The notes under the pieces were generated by a model that saw nothing but the letters and a program-made list of their open reading frames with translations, was not told where the DNA came from and made no database searches. A stretch of 63,490 nucleotides of DNA, counting the filler, from Octopus bimaculoides (Eukaryota): the NCBI RefSeq assembly GCF_001194135.2. It is 5 parts of 5 records of this genome, joined end to end, with 100 filler letters (N's around TTAATTAATTAA, not from the genome) between each part and the next. Parts side by side here need not be neighbours in the genome. Positions count along the whole stretch, not along the records: positions 45,813 to 60,479 come from NC_068989.1; positions 60,580 to 63,490 come from NC_068992.1; 3 more parts are not named here. One strand, given 5' to 3'. Numbering within the stretch: position 1 is the stretch's first letter; each line of letters opens with the position of its first letter. A program made the translations under genes and the position numbers. Below, piece by piece: positions 54,990 through 63,490 of this stretch.

Positions 54990-57300
54990 AGACCAGTCAC
55001 AAGGAAACTATGGCCCACTGAACTTTCTGAATGGCTCGCCACATGAAAAAATTACTTTGACGGATACATGAATACTGAGGAGAATTAGTGGTAGAATGCC
55101 AATTTGGCTAAGCTTTGATAGCTGCTTTAAGTTGGCGGTGGAAACGTTCAACCATACCATTAGCTGCTGGGCGATACACTGTTGTATGGGTGTGTTTACA
55201 CCCAACGAGATGAGTCAGCTCGGTGTAAAAGTGGGAATCGAAGTGACATCCTTTGTCCGTAGTAATCGTTGTGGATGTGCCAAAATGCAAAACCCAGTCA
55301 AACACTAGCATTTTGGTGATGGTTTCCACAGAAGTATCCGACAGCGGGCAAGCTTCCAGCCGGTGAGAAAACCTTTTGACGCAGGTGAGAAGGTGAGTGC
55401 AGTTGTGAGAAAGAGGCTGAGGTCCAACGATATCTATATGCACGTGTTGGAAACATGCATTGGGTGTTGCGAAAGTGCCAAGTGGTGATTTTACATGATG
55501 GTGGAGTTTTGCTTTTTGACATGCGATGCAACTCCTAACCCAAGCGCTGATGTCTTCTTTAATATTCGTCCACACAAAATGACTTGGTATCATTTTCTGT
55601 GTTGAGCAGATGCTGGGATGTGATAGGTACTGGAAGGCAGAGAAAATTTGTCATCAATGTTTTTCCAGCGCGTAAGGGCGTTCGTGACTGGTGGAAGTAT
55701 CGCACCACATATGACCGGCAGAAGAAGGTAGTGGAAATAGCTGGAATTTAAGGGACGAGGAATTCTGAAGCTTCATAAGCTCTTTGTTGCCTTCCTGATA
55801 TGCTGTGATTGATTGTTGCTGGGGCGTGCAATGCATTGAGTTGGATGCGTGAGAGCGCGTCCGCTGCTGTGTCAGCCAAACCTTTGATATACCAAATATC
55901 CGTGGACTATTGCAAGATGAAGTCAAGGTGTCAAACTTCTCTCGGTGAGTGGCGATCAGGTTTTACATTGAAAGCGTATACAAGTGGTTTGTGATCCGTA
56001 TAGATGCTGAAAACCGACCCTTCTAACATATTGCGAAAATGTTTGACAGACAGATACGCTGCCAGCAATTCATGCCCGAAAGTACTGTATTCAACCTCTG
56101 CGGGCTGAAGTTGCTTCGAAGAGAAGGATAAGGGTTGCCAACCGCCATCCACTAACTGCTGAAGTACACCACTGAATCTGGAAAGGGACACGTCAACCAG
56201 TACAGAGTAGAGCATCAGGTTATAGATAAACCAGTATCACAGCCTTAGCCAGCATATCCTTTAATTTATTGAAAGAGGCTAACTCTTCTTTGCTTAGCAT
56301 TATTGCATGATTCCTCCTCGTTTTGTTGCAAAGAAGATCCGTAAGTGGCTGAGCTGCTTCAGCACAGTGAGAGAGCAACTGTTGGTAAAAATTATTTAAT
56401 CCTAAAAACTCGTGTAGTTTCCGGAGGATATAGGTGTAGGAAAGTTGACTGTGAAATCCACTTTTACGGGGAGGGGACAAATTCCATCCTTGTCGACGAT
56501 ATGTTCAAGAAATGGTAATGATGAGACTCCAAAGATACACTTACTCATGTTAATTACAATGCCGTACCCAGCTAGCCACTGGAAAAGTTGATGCAAATGC
56601 CCCTTAGAATTACTCACTACTAACAGATTGTCCATGTAAGCACTGACGAACGGTAAACCCCATGTGACGGTATCCATAAAGCGCTGGAATGTCTGCATGG
56701 CATTACGCAGGCCAAAAGGCACCCACAAGAACTCAAACAGTCCAAAGGGCATGTTGATGGCCATCTTCGAAAAATCAGCAGGTTTGACGGAGATCTGACT
56801 GTAGGCACACATAAGATCGACGTTGGAGAATATTCGAGCTCCGTTCAGTGAGCCGGAAAAATCGTGAAGTTTGGTATGGGATAGGTGTCAGGCACTGAAG
56901 AGTTGTTGAGGGCTTGAAAGTCCTCGCAAGGGCGCCAGCCATTCATCTCTTTTTTGTGTACCAAATGGAGTGGAATGGACCAACCGTTGCTGGATGGTTG
57001 AATAATCCCCAGATCCAACATGTGTCGGAATTCCTGTTTAGCAACCCTCAAGTGGTGAGTAGCATCATGTTTGGTGTCCTTGTTTCGGAACATTAATTGA
57101 GTGATGTCCAGGTATTGGCGGAGAATAGTGTCGTATCAGCTAGGAGAGGACCCACTGTGGATGTACGTGCAGTTATATCGCACACAGTAAGGTTAGTTAA
57201 TGTATCAACGAGTCTGCCACATTTGACATCGACCAGGAGGCCGAAGTGATGGGCGATTGGTTAATTGCCTGAAAAGTTGGCATCTGTTTTCTATTACCTG
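54990..57300 (-). mobile_element. Ty3/Gypsy pol remnant (end of protease, RT, RNase H, integrase), CsRn1-like; no LTRs found
   Basis: HFGLLVDVK...LVD; GII.PSS..W..PLHLV.KK...WRPC.DF.ALN; PFGLRNA.QTFQRFMD...YMDNLLV; YST...ELLAAY..VKHFR..LEG..F.IYTDHKPL; C..CQ...HIDIVGP...NGMVERFHRQLKAA. Confidence 0.95.
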
Positions 57301-57659
57301 AGGTTAGAGAGACATGAATGATAATAACCTCAGCACCAATGTTGATGAGAAACAGGTACCTGTTGAGCGATTGTTAATGAAGAAAAGACGATGTGAACAG
57401 TTAACAGCATTGCAGAACATAAAAATTAATTTTGTAGTTGAGAAAAAGTTAGCTGACATGGAGGACTGGAAGTCATCTGAATATTGGAAAAGATTTACCC
57501 ATATCATGATGATTCATGCCAATTATCAAAATGCTGACATCATAACTACTGCTTAATGCACTGTGAACACTGAAAAAAATCTAAGACATAGCAAGGTCTG
57601 TTGCAACGGAAACTACAAAGCTGTAGCTGGAAGGAAGGAACATATCAGGCATTTTGACT

Positions 57660-58130
57660 GCATTTGCATGTCGGAACCTATCACCACATCTTTGATCAGG
57701 ACCTTAGTCTCCATTCAGACACCTATGTGAAGCTGCTGAAGACTGGTCAATCCCTGGCTGGAGAGGGTTGCTGCTGTGTGGCAGTAGGATTCAGCTCCTT
57801 TCCAGACCTCCAATTTTTTACCTCCTCTGATTGTAGCCTCAAACTAGTATGTGTGGGGAGTAACTGAAAGATGCCAACTGCAATGCCAAGGCCAAGCTGG
57901 TGACCAAGATCAAGAAATGTTCGAAGATTTTCTCAGGGAAACAGTGTGGAACGCATGCACCAAGTTCTGGAGCCGTCTTGAGCTGTGGTAGAACCTGAGG
58001 GTGGCTACATTGAGTAAACTGTTTTCTCCCATCCATAATTTAGTTGTTAATGATTTTTTAAGATATAATTTCTGCATTGGACATTATATTCTTTTCCTTT
58101 TATGTAAACTGTCAAATTTAGCAGGAACAC
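57660..58130 (+). mobile_element. Tc1/mariner (maT-like) transposase C-terminal relic
   Basis: TYVKLLKT..PWLERVA..WQ*DSAP; YVWGV.E; NAC.KF.SRLE.VVE.EGGYIE*. Confidence 0.75.
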
Positions 58131-58323
58131 CATAATGACAAAAAATAAGAATGGTCAAAGGGCAGAAGAACTCATGAGCAGTCAACAGCCATCCAACAAT
58201 GTGTACACGTGTATGTATGCACGAGGACGTGGAAATACCTGGGTCGGTGCCCAGGCACACAGTTAATAGTTAACATAGTTCATAGGCACAGGAGTGGCTG
58301 TGTGGTAAGTAGCATTGCTTACC

Positions 58324-59992
58324 GAGAGGACGTGTTTTTTGTCGCTCCTGCTGTCACGTCGCTGAATGCCAGCGTCGTGAATTTTTGACGTACAACTACA
58401 GGTAAGACTTTTGTGTTTTTTGGGATTTAGTGGGGGTTTGTTGCTCGTGTTTATTTATATTTATGTCGAGCAAGAAATCTCCACTGAATTCTATGCATTT
58501 GTCTGCCTGTGGTTGTGCTTAATGTCTCACTTACCGGTGAGAAGAGTGTTTTGGAGGTATCACTCCTCCCAAAATTGTGAATTTAGTTTGTAAAAATTTG
58601 TTGTCTTCAAGTCATGATTTGAAAACTACAGATAAATATTGTGAACTTTGTTTAAAAAAGAAAAGGAATTTATTGTTTTCAAACCAAGTTTTGAAAGCTA
58701 ATAAATTTGAAGAAAAGTCTTCCTCTTGCTTTGAACTACACCACGTGGAACTACACAAAGGATTTAATTTTTACCAGCAAAGTGACGACTGCAGCGGAGC
58801 CGGGATCAAATCGGGCCGGAGTACTGTTGTGGCCTGAAAATTTGTTATTCTGCCTGGAACTTTATATTTTATTTATTCTTTCTGAACTTTTGTATTTCCT
58901 TTCTCCTTCTTTTATGAACTTTTTTAGTATGAACTGTCTATTTTATTTCTTCCACTTTTTTGAACTGTTTTCTCTTTTTGCATGTTTTTAAATTTTTTCG
59001 TTGTTTCATTTTTGTGGACATTTTTATCATGGCAGAGAACATAAAGAAAAATAAGGCCACTGCTGTGGAGTGGGAGATTATCCCACCCAAGAAGTGGTTA
59101 AATGATTTCAGGGAAAGAACGGTGGTATTACGGACCTACTCTAGGTTACTCAACACCATTACGGTCTTTCCCAAAATTAAGATTGAAAAAGAGTTGGCGG
59201 AATATCTGCCAACTATTAAGTTTATGGCAAGGGGTGTAAAATACGCGACGGTTAGGTTGCCCTCGGGTGTGCCGAGGGAGGCCCCAACCCTCGAAAACTC
59301 TAAAAAGAAAAAGAGAAATGGCAAGCGGCTGGTGGACGTTTATGTGCCGCGGACCGAACCAGTGACCCCTCCGGAAGGAAATGTGCCATCGGAGAGGGAG
59401 ACCCTGTCAGCGGGAATTGTGCCGCTGGCAGGACAAGGTGAGATCCCTGCCTCTGAGGAGGAGGAAGAGTGTGTCCTCCTGTACCTAAGGGGTGGGGAGG
59501 CTGAGGAGCACTTGAACTACGAGTACGGGCCTGAAAGATACATTTCGGCCTGCGAAAGTAGTTCAAGGTGGCCTCAGCAGGTTGCCGCAGCGGTAATAAC
59601 CAGTAGCACTCGTGCAGGGGTGGCAGCCGCCTGTAGTGGCCATGCGTATGTGTGCTTCGATGCTGAAGCTGAGTTGAATACGAAAAATTGCCTGTGGGCG
59701 GCGGAAGGCCTGCTTACAAGGCATATGAACTGAATTGTTTTGTGTTGTGATTTATTGTGATCATAAATATGTTTATTAATTTGAACAAATGTACTGTAAA
59801 GTAAGAGGTTTATAGCCTCAAATTGTAAATTTATAAAAGAACATTGATTTAGAGAAGCAGAGTTCGGCGGGCGGCTCCTGTCTTCTCCCATTAATACCAT
59901 ATTGATCACCATTCATCTCATCTCATTAATGTCTTTGCCCAGCCCGTAGCTATTCTCTGTGTACTGCCTTTATGGCAAATTGAAATGAAATA
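58324..59992 (+). mobile_element. 1669-bp non-autonomous LINE derivative (L1/Tx1 ORF1-like) with 16-bp TSD
   Basis: TSD aagtagc(a)ttgcttacc at 58307-58323 and aagtagcttgcttacc at 59993-60008; long 5' UTR; single ORF; short gaaatgaaata tail; no RT. Confidence 0.75.
59029..59733 (+). CDS. 234-aa open frame, probably a truncated LINE ORF1-like protein
   Basis: ATG at 59029 and no internal stops. The N-terminal ERTVVLRTYSR...FMARGVKYATV segment resembles ORF1 proteins as I recall them (unverified); a basic and acidic low-complexity region follows. Confidence 0.55.
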   Translation: MAENIKKNKATAVEWEIIPPKKWLNDFRERTVVLRTYSRLLNTITVFPKIKIEKELAEYLPTIKFMARGVKYATVRLPSGVPREAPTLENSKKKKRNGKRLVDVYVPRTEPVTPPEGNVPSERETLSAGIVPLAGQGEIPASEEEEECVLLYLRGGEAEEHLNYEYGPERYISACESSSRWPQQVAAAVITSSTRAGVAAACSGHAYVCFDAEAELNTKNCLWAAEGLLTRHMN

Positions 59993-60149
59993 AAGTAGCT
60001 TGCTTACCAATCACGTAGCTCTGGATTCAGTCCCACTGTGTGGCACTTTGGGCAAGTGTCTTCTACTATAGCCTTGGGCTGACCAAATCCTTGTGAGTGG
60101 ATTTGGTAGATGGAAACTGAAAGAAGTCCGTCGTATATATATGTATATG

Positions 60150-60479
60150 TGAGAGAGAATAGTGATGTTGTAGGAGAGAAATGTGTTCGCATGGATGATG
60201 GTACGCTTGCACTAAATGAGGATGCAAAGAAAGAGGTCTGGAGATGCCACTACGATAGATTGCTTAATAAAGAGAATGAATGGGAGGAAGAGAACCTGCT
60301 GTATGTCGACCCAATAGAGGGACCAGCTATCCGAGTTGATAGTACCAGGGTAGATAAAGCAATTAAGAGTATGAAGACCGGGAAAGCCCCCGGCCCATCA
60401 GGAATCACTGCAGAGATGCTCAAAATATCTGGCAGTGTTGGCTATAGCCTAGTCACCCGTATTACGAACCAGGTGATAC
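60150..60479 (+). mobile_element. RTE-clade LINE fragment (tether region before RT), cut by a gap
   Basis: KKEVWRCHYDRLLNKENEW...VDKAIKSMKTGKAPGPSGITAEMLK. Confidence 0.9.
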
Positions 60480-60579
60480 NNNNNNNNNNNNNNNNNNNNN
60501 NNNNNNNNNNNNNNNNNNNNNNNTTAATTAATTAANNNNNNNNNNNNNNNNNNNNNNNNNNNNNNNNNNNNNNNNNNNN
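60480..60579. other. Assembly gap spacer with TTAATTAATTAA linker
   Basis: 44 N + linker + 44 N. Confidence 0.9.
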
Positions 60580-60613
<34 letters not shown>

Positions 60614-62048
60614 TTAACTTATAAAACAAAGTTCACCAAATTCAGTCATATTTTTCATAAACAGAGATTAGATATTAATATGAATTGAAATTATTTTTAT
60701 TCATGTAGCTATACAATCGTTTCATACAGAAAGACAATAAATTCATTTTAAGAATCTGGGTCGTCAAAAAGTATTCATCAGTAGCAAACATTAAGGAATG
60801 GAAAAAAAAAGAAATGCCACAAAGACGTTAGAATTTCATAGGTATGGTGTGTGTAATGTCTAAGTGTTGTTAGAGTCATGTCTATTTAAAACAAGTCTTA
60901 AGGGTCTCAGTTGGGTGTTGATATATATACAAAATTAATAAAGGTTACATTCTCTGTATAGATTAGTGTAAAGGAGCTAATTTTAAACTCTCATATACGG
61001 AGTAAAAAAAAGCCGGTGGGATTGTATTTAAAGGAAAAAAACACTAACCAAATAAGGGAATATGGAATTTTAAATACGGGGACCAAAATTTATATTTAAC
61101 CGTCAATATTCAATACGGCTTAGATATTAGTTTGAAAAAAATGTTTAATAGCAATTATAAATAATTTGTGTTATATAAACTATAAACTTTAAAATAAAAA
61201 TGTTTAGTGTAAATAATATGTCTAATTTTTATACCAGAAGATAAGTGTAGTTAAACTTGTAGAAGGATATTTTATAGGGGATGATATATATATATATATA
61301 TATATANNNNNNNNNNNNNNNNNNNNNNNNNNNNNNNNNNNNNNNNNNNNNNNNNNNNNNNNNNNNNNNNNNNNNNNNNNNNNNNNNNNNNNNNNNNNNN
61401 NNNNNNNNNNNNNNNNNNNNNNNNNNNNNNNNNNNNNNNNNNNNNNNNNNNNNNNNNNNNNNNNNNNNNNNNNNNNNNNNNNNNNNNNNNNNNNNNNNNN
61501 NNNNNNNNNNNNNNNNNNNNNNNNNNNNNNNNNNNNNNNNNNNNNNNNNNNNNNNNNNNNNNNNNNNNNNNNNNNNNNNNNNNNNNNNNNNNNNNNNNNN
61601 NNNNNNNNNNNNNNNNNNNNNNNNNNNNNNNNNNNNNNNNNNNNNNNNNNNNNNNNNNNNNNNNNNNNNNNNNNNNNNNNNNNNNNNNNNNNNNNNNNNN
61701 NNNNNNNNNNNNNNNNNNNNNNNNNNNNNNNNNNNNNNNNNNNNNNNNNNNNNNNNNNNNNNNNNNNNNNNNNNNNNNNNNNNNNNNNNNNNNNNNNNNN
61801 NNNNNNNNNNNNNNNNNNNNNNNNNNNNNNNNNNNNNNNNNNNNNNNNNNNNNNNNNNNNNNNNNNNNNNNNNNNNNNNNNNNNNNNNNNNNNNNNNNNN
61901 NNNNNNNNNNNNNNNNNNNNNNNNNNNNNNNNNNNNNNNNNNNNNNNNNNNNNNNNNNNNNNNNNNNNNNNNNNNNNNNNNNNNNNNNNNNNNNNNNNNN
62001 NNNNNNNNNNNNNNNNNNNNNNNNNNNNNNNNNNNNNNNNNNNNNNNN

Positions 62049-63135
62049 CGTCACTAACTCCTTCACCTCCACTTTTACCAATGTCATCTACTGCATCTCC
62101 TGCTCTCTCTGCCCTTCTCTATACATCGGGCAAACGGGACGCCGCTTGGCTGACCGGTTCGCGGAACACCTCCAAGACATCCGACTCGGCAATGACACAC
62201 CCGGTCTCGCGCCATTTCCCCTCTACCGGTCACTCTTTGCAACACCTGTCTCTTTTCGGATTGTCCTTCACAGGGGCCATCCGGACTCCCGTTTGCTCCG
62301 TGAACAGGGATTAATCTTCTCTCTTCGCTCTTTTGCGCCACATGTGCTCAACTCTTCTCTCGTCTTTATCTAACCTCCTCCCCTCACACCTACTTCCTCT
62401 CACCTACCTCTCCTCTCTTTCTCCGACTCCTACTTCTTCTTTTCACTCCTACTCTCCTCTCTTCTCTTCACTCCTATCCACCTTCTCCCTTCTGCTTCAT
62501 CGTCACCCTCCCTCATAGCCCTACCCCACCCCTACACAATCCAACCCCACCTTCCCTATTCATACCACCCCACCCCATCCCTCACACACTCCCATATACC
62601 CCACCTCTACCCCCACCCTTAGCCTACCCACATACCCTACCTTTACTCTCACCTAACCTACACTCCAACCTTGCTTTCCCCACTCTCGCCTTCCCCACCT
62701 CCCAACACCATCATACCACACCACACACCACACACCATATGCCACCATACCACACAACAACACATCACATATCACATCACACCACCCAGCACACACTAGC
62801 ACTGACCATTTCCCAGCCCTAAATCCACACACCTACACTTACACACGCACACGTCAAGGTCACCAGCCCTCTTCCACACGCACATACATACTCTCTTATA
62901 CACACGCACGCGCACCTTCGTTTTGGGATCACCTCCCCGTCTTCCTAGCTCTCCTGTGTGACCCCTCTGTCCGGCATTCGCCTTGATAGATCGCTAGCCA
63001 CTACACATTTTTTATTTTCTCTCCTTGTTTCTTTCTGTGTTAAAGACTTTTTCACTTCCCGAGCGTTAAACTAATGCATCTGTGTTGTCTACAGCACTTG
63101 TCTTCGTCTTTTGTTTATTTTTGGTGAATTCTCCC
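62049..63135 (+). mobile_element. Penelope-like element 3' end: GIY-YIG endonuclease (62049-62373, two compensating frameshifts) plus pyrimidine/CA-rich 3' region ending at (TA)n
   Basis: NVIYCISCSLCPSLYIGQTGRRLADRFAEH...VSRHF...GHSL...EQ.LIF.L...P..LN. Confidence 0.9.
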
Positions 63136-63159
63136 TATATATATATATACATGCATACA

Positions 63160-63195
<36 letters not shown>

Positions 63196-63236
63196 TATAC
63201 ATATGTATATATATATATATATATATATTGTAGTAT

Positions 63237-63490
63237 ATTGCCACTTAAGTGTGGCTGACCCCTAGGGGTGGATGTTACTGTTGCTTTTAGCCCCAGGAGG
63301 ACATCTCCTCCAGCTGGCTTATCGACACACGACTGTGTCCTGTTTGCCAAGGGAGTTATCCCACTCACCTCGGCCAGCAGCACGAACGTATCCGGATTTC
63401 AGGGTTATTTCCCTTCGTCGGCGTTCGACAGCTGATGACCTTTGTGAGAGAGACAAATCTGGCAAACCTTATATCTTCTTTTCCAGTGAC
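63237..63490 (-). mobile_element. Second copy of the hammerhead-bearing repeat, running off the window end
   Basis: Colinear homology with 35930-36190 (ttgccacttaa.tgtgg.tgacccc...ggatgttactgttgcttttagccc.aggaggacatctcctccagctgg), adjacent to (TA)n. Confidence 0.88.
63383..63427 (-). ncRNA. Minimal type-I hammerhead ribozyme, U4C core variant
   Basis: The minus strand reads cgaacg-CCGACGA-aggg-aaataa-ccct-GAAA-t-ccgg-a-TA-cgttcg. Stems I and III covary with the 36 kb copy. Confidence 0.82.

Larger units (their letters stand above)
58283..60140 (+). mobile_element. SINE family A split by the 58324-59992 insertion (58283-58323 plus 59993-60140)
   Basis: The head ggagtggctgtgtggtaagtagc resumes as ttgcttaccaatcacg...ggattcagtcccactgtgtggcactttgggcaagtgtcttctactatagcc. 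Confidence 0.88.

Noticed and set aside
57314-57556. 80-aa plus-strand ORF next to the Gypsy remnant
   Set aside because: No recognisable motif or splice signals.
63432-63460. Plus-strand CTGATGA near the window end
   Set aside because: No downstream GAAA or stems, and it is not conserved in the 36 kb copy. The real motif is on the minus strand.

Overview
This is AT-rich, gapped eukaryotic genomic DNA, not prokaryotic: there are no operons, rRNA, intact tRNA or CRISPR arrays. The microsatellite density and the SINE/LINE families suggest an octopus or other coleoid cephalopod (inference from pattern recognition). Most ORFs in the supplied track are artefacts of microsatellites or N-runs. The interpretable content is mostly transposon debris: tRNA-derived SINEs, R4/Dong-type LINEs in (TAA)n tracts, L1/Tx1 and RTE LINE remnants, a Gypsy pol remnant, several Tc1/mariner relics and two Penelope-like elements (PLEs). 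The strongest signal is a short repeat present twice on the minus strand (35930-36265, and 63237 to the window end) that carries a minimal type-I hammerhead ribozyme. Stems I and III show compensatory changes between the two copies, and the complete copy has a 15-bp target-site duplication. A third, decayed hammerhead-like fold sits in an inverted repeat near 2 kb. Other notable items are a near-intact Hydra-type PLE RT+GIY-YIG frame, a TSD-flanked 1.67-kb LINE derivative with an open 234-aa frame inserted into a SINE tRNA head, and a CCAAT/TATA/Inr promoter with a first exon of an unidentified minus-strand gene. All family assignments come from motif recognition; no database search was run.
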